Assembly: GCA_044370825.1 (NCBI GenBank) | Contig: JBILUV010000003.1 | Location: 1-35,692 of the forward strand | DNA from: Burkholderiales bacterium | GTDB taxonomy: Bacteria > Pseudomonadota > Gammaproteobacteria > Burkholderiales > Ga0077523 | Direction: 5' to 3' | DNA: 35,692 bases | In this document: piece by piece, positions 17,890-27,152 of the stretch | Layout of the letters: the number at the start of each line of letters is the position of its first letter | How positions within the stretch are numbered: position 1 is the stretch's first letter | Translations under genes and position numbers: made by a program | The notes under the pieces: model-generated | What the model was told of the DNA's origin: nothing | The model's database searches: none | Seen by the model: only the letters and a program-made list of their open reading frames with translations

Positions 17890-19497
17890 TCACATGCGGA
17901 ACACGCCGAAGCGCGTGTCCTCGACCGGCGCATTGAGCGCGGCCGACAGACCCAGCCCTAGCACCATGCGGGTGTCGGCCGGATCGATGACGCCGTCGTC
18001 CCAAAGGCGGGCGCTGGCGTAGTAAGGGTGACCCTGATGCTCGTACTGCTCGCGGATCGGGGCCTTGAACGCCTCCTCGTCCTCGCGCGGCCAGTTGCCG
18101 CCGCGGGCCTCGATGCCGTCGCGGCGCACCTGAGCGAGCACGCTTGCCGCCTGCTCCCCGCCCATGACGGAGATCCGGGCGTTGGGCCACATCCAGAGGA
18201 AGCGCGGACTGTAGGCGCGGCCGCACATGCCGTAGTTGCCAGCCCCGAAGCTGCCCCCGAGTATGACCGTGAACTTGGGCACCCGCGCCGTTGCCACCGC
18301 GGTGACCAGCTTCGCGCCGTCCTTGGCGATGCCGCCGGACTCGTACTTGCGCCCCACCATGAAGCCGGTGATGTTCTGCAGGAACACCAGCGGCACGCCG
18401 CGCTGCGCACAGAGTTCGATGAAGTGCGCGCCCTTGAGCGACGACTCCGAGAACAGGATGCCGTTGTTGGCCACGATGCCCACCGGATAGCCGTGCAGGC
18501 GGGCAAAACCGCACACCAGGGTGGTGCCGTAGTTCTGCTTGAACTCGTCGAGTACGCTGCCATCGACCACGCGGGCGATGATCTCGCGCACGTCGAAGGG
18601 CTTGCGGGTATCGGTGGGAACGACGCCATGCAGCTCGTCGGTGGCGTACAGCGGCGCCTCCGGTGGCCGCAGGTCGAGCCCGACGCGCTTGACGCCGTTC
18701 AGGCTACCCACGATGCGCCGCGCGATGCGCAGTGCGTGGCGGTCGTTCAGGGCGTAGTGGTCGGCCACGCCGGAGACACGGGTATGGACGTCGGCGCCGC
18801 CGAGTTCCTCGGCCGACACCACCTCGCCCGTGGCGGCCTTCACCAGCGGCGGCCCGCCCAGGAAGATGGTGCCCTGATTGCGCACGATGATGCTCTCGTC
18901 CGACATGGCGGGCACGTAGGCGCCACCGGCGGTGCAGGAGCCCATCACCACCGCGATCTGCGCGATGCCCGCGGCGGACATGTTGGCCTGGTTGAAGAAG
19001 ATGCGCCCGAAGTGATCCCGATCGGGGAAGACGTCGTCCTGGTTGGGCAGGTTGGCACCACCGGAATCGACCAGATAGAGGCAGGGCAGACGGTTCTGCT
19101 GCGCGATCTCCTGCGCCCGCAGGTGCTTCTTGACCGTCACGGGGTAATAGGTGCCGCCCTTGACCGTGGCGTCATTGGCCACGATCACGCACTCCCGGCC
19201 GGCGACCCGGCCGATGCCCGTGATGATTCCGCCACCCGGACACTCGCCACCGTACATGTCCCAGGCGGCCAGTTGCGACAGCTCCAGGAAGGGAGAGCCC
19301 GGATCGAGCAGCTGCCGCACCCGCTCGCGGGGGAGGAGCTTGCCGCGGGCGACGTGCTTGTCTCGCGCCGCCTGCCCGCCCCCAGCGGACACCTGCGCGA
19401 CCCTGGCCCGCAGGTCGGTGACCAGCGAGCTCATGGCGTCGGCGTTGCGCCGGAACTCGTCGGAACGCGGATTGATGCGGGACTGGATGGCAGTCAT
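17890..19497 (-). CDS. liuB: 3-methylcrotonyl-CoA carboxylase beta (carboxyltransferase) subunit
   Basis: [64 protein letters not shown]-terminus. Confidence 0.96.
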   Translation of the reverse strand: MTAIQSRINPRSDEFRRNADAMSSLVTDLRARVAQVSAGGGQAARDKHVARGKLLPRERVRQLLDPGSPFLELSQLAAWDMYGGECPGGGIITGIGRVAGRECVIVANDATVKGGTYYPVTVKKHLRAQEIAQQNRLPCLYLVDSGGANLPNQDDVFPDRDHFGRIFFNQANMSAAGIAQIAVVMGSCTAGGAYVPAMSDESIIVRNQGTIFLGGPPLVKAATGEVVSAEELGGADVHTRVSGVADHYALNDRHALRIARRIVGSLNGVKRVGLDLRPPEAPLYATDELHGVVPTDTRKPFDVREIIARVVDGSVLDEFKQNYGTTLVCGFARLHGYPVGIVANNGILFSESSLKGAHFIELCAQRGVPLVFLQNITGFMVGRKYESGGIAKDGAKLVTAVATARVPKFTVILGGSFGAGNYGMCGRAYSPRFLWMWPNARISVMGGEQAASVLAQVRRDGIEARGGNWPREDEEAFKAPIREQYEHQGHPYYASARLWDDGVIDPADTRMVLGLGLSAALNAPVEDTRFGVFRM

Positions 19498-19516
19498 GGC
19501 AGGCGTCCTCCGTGTC

Positions 19517-19924
19517 TCAGCCGTGCGGGTGCGCGGCGCGCTGTGCCACCGGACCGCCGGTGGCCTTCCAGCCATTGAACCCGCCGTCGATGTGACAGAC
19601 CGGTTCAAGCCCCATGTCCTGCACCGCCGCCGTAGCCAGGGCGGAGCGCCATCCCGAGGCGCAGTAGAAGACGAAGCGCCGTCCCGACCCGAACACCTCC
19701 TTGAAGTACGGACTGGCCGGATCGACCCAGAACTCGAGCATGCCGCGCGGCGCGTGGAAGGCGCCGGGGATCATCCCGTCACGCTCCAGCTCGCGCACAT
19801 CACGCAGGTCAACAAACTGCACGCCGGGATCGTCGAGCAGGGCCTTGGCGGCCTCGGCGGACAGGGTCTCGATACGCGTGCGCGCCTCCTCGACCAGCGC
19901 CTTGCATCCCTTAGTGATCGGCAT
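19517..19924 (-). CDS. Single-domain rhodanese-like protein
   Basis: VDLRDVREL...[20 protein letters not shown], active-site loop FYCASGWRS. Confidence 0.9.
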   Translation of the reverse strand: MPITKGCKALVEEARTRIETLSAEAAKALLDDPGVQFVDLRDVRELERDGMIPGAFHAPRGMLEFWVDPASPYFKEVFGSGRRFVFYCASGWRSALATAAVQDMGLEPVCHIDGGFNGWKATGGPVAQRAAHPHG

Positions 19925-20049
19925 TGCAGTGTGCTCCGTTTCATGCTGCGGCGGTCGGCTGGCGTGCGTCCCGGTCAACAGCGGGTTTCCATGTGATCCA
20001 GGCGGGCGGGGATCGACACGCATCGGCCGGACACTTGCCCTCGTACCCC

Positions 20050-20661
20050 TCACGCCTGCGCCTCCGTGATCCAGCGCGGACCTTCCGGCGCCCGGTAGGC
20101 ACGCAGGGCAGGCACCAGCGCCTCGGGCGTCGCCACAGCGCCAACGATGGCGCGGTGAGCCGGACTGACGAATCCCTCCGCGGCGGCGTGGTCCATCGCC
20201 TGGAGCAGCGGACCGAAGTAGCCGTGCAGGTCGACCAGCACGCAGGGCTTGCGGTGCATGCCCAGCTGCGACCAGGTCACCACTTCGAAGAATTCCTCGA
20301 AGGTGCCGAAGCCGCCGGGCAGCATCACGAAGGCGTCGGCGAGATCGGCCATCATCTGCTTGCGCTGGTGCATGGTCTGCACCACGTGCATGGTGCTGAG
20401 ACCGGGGTGGGCGCGCTCGAGCCGCATGATGGCCGAGGGGATCACGCCGGTGACCCGCCCGCCGGCCTCCAGCGCACCGTCCGCGACCGCCCGCATCATG
20501 CCGCCGCCGCCCCCGCCGTAGATCAGTTCCAGGCCCGCGGCCGCGAGCGTGGCCCCGACGCGGCGGGCCGCCTCGACGTGGCGCGGATCACGACCCGGGC
20601 TCGAGCCGCAGAAGACGCAGACGCTGCGCAGGACGCGCGGGATGTCCGGGCTGCTTTCCAT
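20050..20661 (-). CDS. LOG-family nucleotide phosphoribohydrolase (TIGR00730)
   Basis: VCVFCGSSPG, MHQRK, LPGGFGTFEE, W.QLGMH.KP. Confidence 0.92.
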   Translation of the reverse strand: MESSPDIPRVLRSVCVFCGSSPGRDPRHVEAARRVGATLAAAGLELIYGGGGGGMMRAVADGALEAGGRVTGVIPSAIMRLERAHPGLSTMHVVQTMHQRKQMMADLADAFVMLPGGFGTFEEFFEVVTWSQLGMHRKPCVLVDLHGYFGPLLQAMDHAAAEGFVSPAHRAIVGAVATPEALVPALRAYRAPEGPRWITEAQA

Positions 20662-21264
20662 TCAGAACCCGCCGGTCTCCAGCCAGCGCTCGACCTGATC
20701 GAGCCGGTCGCCGCCCCAGAAGGGCTCGTCGTCCACGAAGATGAAGGGCGAGCCGAACACGCCACGCGCGATGGCCGCCTCGGTCTCGGCCTTCAGCCGC
20801 GCCTTCACCACCGGATCCTCCAGCGCCGCCGCGACCGCGGCCGCGTCGTGCCCGAGCGAGGCGGCAACCGCCACGGTGTCCGAGGGATTGGAGATGTTCA
20901 CGTCGTCCACGAAGTAGGCGCGGTACAGCGCCGCGGCCAGCTGGCGCGCCGCCTGCGGATCACGGTCCGACAACCAGTAGAAGGCCCGGGCCGGCGCCTG
21001 GGACGAAATCGGGAACACCGTCGGCAGGCGGAAGGGGACGCCATGAAAACGCGCGCTGCGCAGCACGTCGCGCGCCGAGTACTCACCCTTCATCGGCACC
21101 GTGGGCAGCGGCGGCAGGCCGGTGATCTTGAAGGTGGCGCCGAGCAGGAAAGGCTTCCAGAGCACCTCGCGCCCGTGGCGCGCGGCGATTGCGTCGATCC
21201 TGTGGCTGGCGATGTAGCCGTAGGTGGAGGAAAAGTCGAAATGGAAGACGATCGGGTTGGCCAT
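20662..21264 (-). CDS. 2-hydroxychromene-2-carboxylate isomerase / kappa-class GST-like protein
   Basis: FHFDFSSTYGY, WKPFLLG, RGVFGSPF..VD.EPFWGGDRL. Confidence 0.9.
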   Translation of the reverse strand: MANPIVFHFDFSSTYGYIASHRIDAIAARHGREVLWKPFLLGATFKITGLPPLPTVPMKGEYSARDVLRSARFHGVPFRLPTVFPISSQAPARAFYWLSDRDPQAARQLAAALYRAYFVDDVNISNPSDTVAVAASLGHDAAAVAAALEDPVVKARLKAETEAAIARGVFGSPFIFVDDEPFWGGDRLDQVERWLETGGF

Positions 21265-21276
21265 GGGAGTCGTTCC

Positions 21277-22188
21277 TCAGGAGTCGGAAGGCAGCTTCAC
21301 GCCGTTGAGGCTGGCCTGTGCCTGCACCAGCGCCGGGAGCATGTGGTCGGGTCCGCCGAACCCCAGTGCCAGGGCCTGGGTGAGGCTCTGGTGCACGGCG
21401 GCGGTGACCACGCCGGCCACCTGCGCCTGGCTGGTCTCGCCGACGAAATAGCGGATGTCCTTGGCGGCATTGCGCAGCGCGAACTTCATGCGGTCGAATT
21501 CGCCCGCCACCGCGCCGCCGGCGACCATCTGGAACATGTTCGAATTCACCGGCCCGACGCTCACCAGCCTCACCAGCTGGGCCGGATCGAGGCCGAGCTT
21601 GACGCAGGACACGAGGGCCTCGGCGTACAGCGCGACACTGCCCACCGCGAGGAAGTTGTTCACCAGCTTCAGCGTATGGCCCGCGCCGACGTCGCCGACA
21701 TGGAACACGTTCTCGCAGAAGGCTTTCAGGATCGGCTCGAGTTCGGCGAAAGTGGCCGCATCGGCACCTGTGAGGGTGTTGAGCCGACCCTGCTCGGCCT
21801 CGGCCGGGGTGCGCGTCAGCGGCGAGTCGACGAAGCGCACGCCCCGCGCCGCGAAAGCCGCGGCCAGCCTGACGGTGGAACCCGGCTGGCTGGTCGAGGT
21901 GTCGACCACGATCTGTCCTCCGCGCGCGTGGGCGAGGATGCCGTCAGGCCGCAGCGCGAGGTCCTCGACCTCAGGCGTCCCGGTGACGCAGAGGAACACC
22001 ACGTCGGCCCCGTTCACAAGTTCGGCGACGTCGGCCGCCTCGCGAGCGCCGCGTGCCGCCAGGTCCTCGACCGGCGCGCGGTTGCGGTGTCCGAGCACCG
22101 ACACCGGCCAGCCCTTCTCCAGCAGGTTCTTCGCCATCCCGTGGCCCATCAGGCCGACGCCGATGAATCCGATGCGCTTGCGTGTCAC
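21277..22188 (-). CDS. NAD(P)-dependent beta-hydroxyacid dehydrogenase (3-hydroxyisobutyrate dehydrogenase family)
   Basis: IGFIGVGLMGHGMA, VDTSTS.P, GAGHTLKLVNN, KDIRY; GTG start. Confidence 0.88.
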   Translation of the reverse strand: MTRKRIGFIGVGLMGHGMAKNLLEKGWPVSVLGHRNRAPVEDLAARGAREAADVAELVNGADVVFLCVTGTPEVEDLALRPDGILAHARGGQIVVDTSTSQPGSTVRLAAAFAARGVRFVDSPLTRTPAEAEQGRLNTLTGADAATFAELEPILKAFCENVFHVGDVGAGHTLKLVNNFLAVGSVALYAEALVSCVKLGLDPAQLVRLVSVGPVNSNMFQMVAGGAVAGEFDRMKFALRNAAKDIRYFVGETSQAQVAGVVTAAVHQSLTQALALGFGGPDHMLPALVQAQASLNGVKLPSDS

Positions 22189-22249
22189 GTCGTCCCCAGG
22201 CGGCTTGGTGACTGAAAGGGCGATGCGCCGGATCGGTCCGTCCGCGCGC

Positions 22250-23431
22250 TCATGCGAGCTCGATCGCCAGGGCCGTGGCCTCGCCGCCGCCGATGCACAG
22301 CCTGGCGACGCCGCGCTTCAGGCCGCGCCGGCGCAGCGCCCCGATCAGGGTGACGACGATGCGGGCGCCCGAGGCGCCGATGGGGTGCCCGAGCGCACAC
22401 GCGCCGCCGTGCACGTTGACCTTGTCGTGCGGCAGCTCCAGCTCGCGCATCGCCGCCATGGCGACCACCGCGAAGGCCTCGTTGATCTCGTAGAGATCCA
22501 CCGATTCGGCCGACCAGCCAGTGCGGCGCAGCAGCTTCGACATGGCCCCCACCGGCGCCGTCGTGAACCAGCTTGGCTCCTGGGCGTGTGTGCTGTGGCC
22601 GACGATGGTCGCGAGCGGACGCAGGCCGCGTCGCGCGGCTTCCGAGGCCCGCATCATCAGCACTGCCGCCGCACCGTCGGAGATGGAGCTGGAGTTTGCC
22701 GCCGTGACCGTGCCGTCCTTGCGGAACGCCGGCTTGAGCTGGGGGATCTTCTCGAGGTTGGCCTTGGCCGGCTGCTCGTCCTGATCCACCACGCGCTCGC
22801 CCTTCCCCGAGCGCACCGTCACCGGCGCGATCTCCCAGGCGAAGCCGCCATCGCTGCCGGCCAGCCGTGCCCGCTCCAGGGAAGCGATGGCGAACGCATC
22901 CTGCGCCTCCCGGGTGAAATCGAACTTCTGCGCGCAGTCCTCGGCAAAGGTACCCATCAGCCGGCCGCGGTCGTAGGCGTCCTCCAGGCCGTCCAGAAAC
23001 AGGTGGTCCAGCACCTGCTGGTGGCCCATGCGATAGCCGGCGCGCGCCTTGGGCAGCAGGTAGGGCGCATTGGACATGCTCTCCATGCCACCGGCGACCA
23101 TGACGTCGTTGCTGCCGGCCAGCAGCAGGTCGTGGACGAACATGATGGCCTTCATGCCGGAGCCGCACATCTTGTTCACCGTGGTACATCCGGCGGACAG
23201 CGGCAGGCCCGCGCCCAGGCTCGCCTGGCGGGCCGGCGCCTGTCCCTGACCGGCGGACAGCACGCACCCCATCACCACCTCCTCGACGTCCGCGGCGGGT
23301 ACGCCGGAACGCTCGACCGCGGCCCGTATGGCCACAGCTCCGAGTTCGGCGGCGGCGAGATCCTTGAAGTCTCCCTGCATGCCGCCCATCGGCGTGCGGG
23401 CGGCGGAAACTATGACTACCGGGTCGGTCAT
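22250..23431 (-). CDS. Acetyl-CoA C-acyltransferase (thiolase)
   Basis: NKMCGSGMKA, NSSSISDGAAA, EINEAFA, GHPIGASG, LCIGGG; RBS AGGAG. Confidence 0.95.
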   Translation of the reverse strand: MTDPVVIVSAARTPMGGMQGDFKDLAAAELGAVAIRAAVERSGVPAADVEEVVMGCVLSAGQGQAPARQASLGAGLPLSAGCTTVNKMCGSGMKAIMFVHDLLLAGSNDVMVAGGMESMSNAPYLLPKARAGYRMGHQQVLDHLFLDGLEDAYDRGRLMGTFAEDCAQKFDFTREAQDAFAIASLERARLAGSDGGFAWEIAPVTVRSGKGERVVDQDEQPAKANLEKIPQLKPAFRKDGTVTAANSSSISDGAAAVLMMRASEAARRGLRPLATIVGHSTHAQEPSWFTTAPVGAMSKLLRRTGWSAESVDLYEINEAFAVVAMAAMRELELPHDKVNVHGGACALGHPIGASGARIVVTLIGALRRRGLKRGVARLCIGGGEATALAIELA

Positions 23432-23537
23432 GATGCGCACTCCTGAAGAAACGCGCCGGCGCTGGGCCGGCGGGAAATGATTCTCTCATGGGCACCGCGA
23501 CGGACCGGGTGCGGGCGCAGGGCGGGGGCCACGGGCT

Positions 23538-25307
23538 TCACGCCCCCCCGCCCGCGGGAAAGCGGGCGGCAAAGCGTGCCGCCGCGGGGTACGGATAGAC
23601 GTCCTCGATGAAGCCCTCCTCGATGCGCTGCTTGGTCTGGTTCCAGAACCCCACGTCGAGCAGATCCTCGTGGTGCTCCAGGAAGGCCTGGCGCACCACC
23701 TTGCCGGACAGCAGGAAAGGGGCGAACTCCTCGGGGAAGATGTCGTTCTGGCCGACCGGGTACCAGGGCTCCGCGGCCATCTCGTCCTCCGGCGTGCGAG
23801 GCGGCGGGATGCGCCGGAAGTTGCACTCGGTCATGTAGACGATCTCGTCGTAGTCGTAGAACACCACCCGCCCGCCGCGGGTCACACCGAAGTTCTTGAA
23901 CAGCATGTCGCCGGGGAAGATGTTGACCGAGCACAGCTCCTTGATCGCATTGCCGTAGTCCACCACCGCCGCCCGGGCCTGGTCCTCAGCGGCCTCGTCG
24001 AGGAAGAGGTTGAGCGGCTGCATGCGACGTTCGATGTACAGGTGCTTCACGACGATGGTGTCGTCGCCCTCCTCGACCAGGGAGGGTGCCTCGCGCCGCA
24101 GCTCGTCGAGCAGGGCGTCGGTGAAGCGCGATCGCGGGAAGGCCACGTCGGCATACTCGAGCGTATCCGCCATGCGGCCGATGCGGTCGTGGCGCTTCAC
24201 CAGCATGTACTTTTCCTTGACGATCTCGTGCGTCACCTCCTTGGTGGGCGAGATGCGGTCGCGGATGACCTTGAACACGTAGGGATACGACGGCAGCGTG
24301 AACACGATCATCACCAGACCGCGGATGCCGGGCGCCAGGATGAAGTCGTCGCTGGAGTGCTTCAGGTGATGGAGGAAGTCACGGAAGAACAGCGTCTTGC
24401 CGTGCTTCTGCAGGCCCAGCGAGGTGTAGAGCTCGGCCTTGGGCTTGCGCGGCAGCATGTGGGCAAGGAAATCCACATACGCCGAGGGCACCTCCATGTC
24501 GACCATGAAGTACGCGCGGCTGAAGGCGAACAGCGGGGCGATCTGTGACGGCCCGAGCAGCAGCGCGTCGAGCATCAGCCCGCCCGACCCGTCGTGAACG
24601 ATGGGAATGGCGAAGGGGAGCTCGATCTCGCCGTTGACCAGCACGCCGATGAGGTAGCAGCGCTTGTTGCGGAAGAACAGCGAGGACAGCACACGGATCT
24701 GGTGGTTGGCCTCGACCCGGAAGGGGCGTCCGAGCGCGGTGCGCGCCACCTTCAGGACGCAGGCGAGATCCCGGTTCGCTTGGCAGAACGGCAGCGTGAG
24801 CCCGGTGTCGGCGAGGATGCGTCGCAGCACCGCCCTGAGGCCATCCTTGCCCGGGTAGTAGCTGCGGTAGGACGGGGTGTCGGCGTCGAGGTGTTCGGTG
24901 GACACCGCCGGCCTGACGAAGATGTAGTCGTTGTGGTAGTAAGCCCGGTGCAGCAGCTTGCAGCTCACCGAGTTGAAGAAGGTCTCGGCGAGTTCGGGCT
25001 GCATGTGGTCGGTGAGCAGACCGACATAGTGGAGCTTGATGTGTGTCCAGAGGGCCTCGGGCAGGTGCTCTGCGTCGAACTCCCGGATCAGCCGCTCCGC
25101 CGACTCCATGACGCGCTGGTCGTAGAAGGCGATGCGTTCGGCGTGGGCGCGATGCACCGCCGGCCAGTCCGCCGACTCGAAGCGCACCCGCGCGTCGCGC
25201 GAGATCTCGCGGAAGATGCGGTAGTGACGATCGAAACCCTCGAGCAGGGCGAGGGCGATCCGCGCAGCCTGGCCGGGCGGATCGCTGACGGTGTCCTCGG
25301 CGTTCAT
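23538..25307 (-). CDS. aceK: Isocitrate dehydrogenase kinase/phosphatase
   Basis: ELAETFFNSV, APGIRGLVM.VFTLPS, HDRIGRMAD, NIFPGDMLFKNFGVTR.GRVVFYDYDEI. Confidence 0.97.
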   Translation of the reverse strand: MNAEDTVSDPPGQAARIALALLEGFDRHYRIFREISRDARVRFESADWPAVHRAHAERIAFYDQRVMESAERLIREFDAEHLPEALWTHIKLHYVGLLTDHMQPELAETFFNSVSCKLLHRAYYHNDYIFVRPAVSTEHLDADTPSYRSYYPGKDGLRAVLRRILADTGLTLPFCQANRDLACVLKVARTALGRPFRVEANHQIRVLSSLFFRNKRCYLIGVLVNGEIELPFAIPIVHDGSGGLMLDALLLGPSQIAPLFAFSRAYFMVDMEVPSAYVDFLAHMLPRKPKAELYTSLGLQKHGKTLFFRDFLHHLKHSSDDFILAPGIRGLVMIVFTLPSYPYVFKVIRDRISPTKEVTHEIVKEKYMLVKRHDRIGRMADTLEYADVAFPRSRFTDALLDELRREAPSLVEEGDDTIVVKHLYIERRMQPLNLFLDEAAEDQARAAVVDYGNAIKELCSVNIFPGDMLFKNFGVTRGGRVVFYDYDEIVYMTECNFRRIPPPRTPEDEMAAEPWYPVGQNDIFPEEFAPFLLSGKVVRQAFLEHHEDLLDVGFWNQTKQRIEEGFIEDVYPYPAAARFAARFPAGGGA

Positions 25308-25335
25308 GGGTCCGTCGTCGGCGCGGGGAGGCGGG

Positions 25336-26544
25336 TCAGACGGTGTCGGCGAACAGTTCGCGGCCGATCAGCCAGCGGCGGATCTCCGAGGTGCCGGCGC
25401 CGATCTCGTAGAGCTTGGCGTCGCGCCACAGGCGCCCGGTCGGATAGTCGTTGATGTAGCCGTTGCCCCCCAGGCATTGAATGGCCTCGCCCGCCATCCA
25501 GGTTGCCTTCTCGGCGGAGTACAGGATGGCACCGGCTGCGTCCTTGCGCAGCGCCCGTACCGCCTCGGGGTGGTGAGCGTGGTCGCAGGCCCGTCCCACC
25601 GCATACGCGTAGGCGCGGCAGGCCATCATGGTCGAATACATGTCCGCCAGCTTGCCCTGCATCAGCTGGAACTCGCCGATCGCCTGGCCGAACTGGCTGC
25701 GCTCGTGCAGGTAGGGCAGGACCACGTCCATGCAGGCCGCCATGATGCCCAGCGGCCCGCCGGACAGCACGGCGCGCTCGAAGTCGAGGCCGCTCATCAG
25801 CACGTTCACGCCGCGGCCGACCTCGCCCAGCACGTTCTCCTCGGGCACCTCGCAGTCCTGGAACACGAGTTCACAGGTGTTGGAGCCGCGCATGCCGAGC
25901 TTGTCCAGCTTCTGGGCGGTGGAGAAGCCCTTGAATCCCTTCTCGATCAGGAAGGCGGTGATGCCGCGCGGCCCGGCGGCGGGGTCGGTCTTGGCATAGA
26001 CCACCAGCACGTCGGCGTCCGGACCGTTGGTGATCCACATCTTGTTGCCGTTGAGGACATAACGGTCGCCGCGCCGGTCGGCTCGGAGCCGCATGGAGAC
26101 GACGTCGGACCCAGCCCCGGGTTCGCTCATGGCGAGGGCACCGACACTGCTGCCGTCCACCAGTCCGGGAAGGTAACGGGCGCGCTGCGCATCGTTGCCG
26201 TTGCGGCGGATCTGGTTCACACAGAGGTTGGAGTGTGCCCCGTAGGACAGTCCGACCGAGGCGCTGGCGCGGCTGATCTCCTCCATGGCGACGATGTGGG
26301 CCAGGTAGCCCATGGCGGTGCCGCCGTACTCCTCCCCAACGGTGATGCCGAGCAGGCCGAGGTCGCCCATGCGGCGCCAGAGGTCCATGGGAAACTGGTT
26401 GCTGCTGTCGATCTCCGCCGCCCGGGGCGCGATCTCGGCGGCGGCGAAGTCCTGCACGCTGGAGCGCAGCATCTCCAGGGTCTCGCCGAGCCCGAAGTCG
26501 AGGCTGGGAAAGCGCTGCAGTGACACGGGGGAGGCACGATCCAT
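25336..26544 (-). CDS. ivd: Isovaleryl-CoA dehydrogenase (LiuA)
   Basis: [67 protein letters not shown]. Confidence 0.96.
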   Translation of the reverse strand: MDRASPVSLQRFPSLDFGLGETLEMLRSSVQDFAAAEIAPRAAEIDSSNQFPMDLWRRMGDLGLLGITVGEEYGGTAMGYLAHIVAMEEISRASASVGLSYGAHSNLCVNQIRRNGNDAQRARYLPGLVDGSSVGALAMSEPGAGSDVVSMRLRADRRGDRYVLNGNKMWITNGPDADVLVVYAKTDPAAGPRGITAFLIEKGFKGFSTAQKLDKLGMRGSNTCELVFQDCEVPEENVLGEVGRGVNVLMSGLDFERAVLSGGPLGIMAACMDVVLPYLHERSQFGQAIGEFQLMQGKLADMYSTMMACRAYAYAVGRACDHAHHPEAVRALRKDAAGAILYSAEKATWMAGEAIQCLGGNGYINDYPTGRLWRDAKLYEIGAGTSEIRRWLIGRELFADTV

Positions 26545-26585
26545 GGAGCTCTCCTGAAGCAGGGGACACGGAAATGGGACCACGA

Positions 26586-26614
26586 AATCTATCTGCCGTT
26601 GACGTCAACGTCAA
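26586..26614 (-). promoter_or_regulatory. Sigma70 promoter of the ivd operon
   Basis: Minus strand TTGACG (26614-26609), 17 bp, TAGATT (26591-26586), about 40 bp upstream of the ivd ATG. Confidence 0.7.
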
Positions 26615-26615
26615 T
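26598..26615. promoter_or_regulatory. LiuR operator palindrome
   Basis: g-TTGACGT-ca-ACGTCAA-t, a perfect 7-2-7 inverted repeat matching the known LiuR TTKACGT-NN-ACGTMAA-type motif. Confidence 0.88.
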
Positions 26616-27063
26616 CAGAGCGCACCGTGCCCCGCGTGCGTGCCCCACCACGCGGCGCCGGGGCGCCCTGATCGAGCAGGCGCTTGCACTGGCTCTCGAA
26701 GGCGCGGATCTCGGACAGCGTCGCCTCGATGTCCTCGCGCTGCTGCTCCAGCGCCTCGCGGCGCTTGCGCAGGGTCACGAGGAACTGCGCCAGCTGCTCG
26801 CTCTCGTCATGGGCGGCATCGTAGATGTCCAGCAGTTCCCGGATCTCGGTCAGCGGCAGACCGAGGCGCTTGCCGCGCAGGGTGAGCTTGAGACGTACCA
26901 GGTCGCGCTTGTCGTAGACGCGGTTTCGGCCCCGCCGGGCAGGGGCGAGCAGGCCGTGGTCCTCGTAGAAGCGGATGGTGCGGGTCGTGATTCCGAACTC
27001 GCGCGCAAGATCGGTGATCGTGAAAGTGGTCTTGGAGACGTCGCTGGTCCCGGTTCGTGTCAT
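26611..27063 (-). CDS. liuR: MerR-family regulator LiuR
   Basis: FTITDLAREFGITTRTIRFYED.GLL.P.R.GRNRVY..RD..RLKLTLRGKRLG..L.EI; immediately upstream of ivd. Confidence 0.9.
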   Translation of the reverse strand: MTRTGTSDVSKTTFTITDLAREFGITTRTIRFYEDHGLLAPARRGRNRVYDKRDLVRLKLTLRGKRLGLPLTEIRELLDIYDAAHDESEQLAQFLVTLRKRREALEQQREDIEATLSEIRAFESQCKRLLDQGAPAPRGGARTRGTVRSD

Positions 27064-27066
27064 GTT

Positions 27067-27082
27067 TTGTGCGCTGCAACAA
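27067..27082. promoter_or_regulatory. Candidate PhaR-type operator (TGC-N3-GCA)
   Basis: TTG-TGC-GCT-GCA-ACAA in the 89-bp divergent gap between liuR and the MBL-phaC operon. Confidence 0.4.
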
Positions 27083-27152
27083 TCGGCTATCATGCGAGTA
27101 TAGGTAAAGAAACGCGCCGCGGCCGCGGTGTTCCCGAAAGGATTCTTTTTCC

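Noticed and set aside
22250-23431. Calling the thiolase phaA
   Set aside because: It lies in the ivd-aceK operon on the opposite strand from phaC with no phaB beside it; a catabolic LiuR-regulon thiolase is more likely.
23472-23492. AT-rich GAAATGATTCTCTCAT as a Fur box before the thiolase
   Set aside because: Only about 10 of 19 positions match the Fur consensus and the context is not iron-related.
2293-26523. Many long antisense or alternate-frame ORFs (e.g. 2293-3738+, 14484-16415+, 18028-19578+, 19924-22215+, 21455-23446+, 25291-26523+)
   Set aside because: They shadow well-supported genes and have no family motifs; long open shadow frames are expected in high-GC coding DNA.
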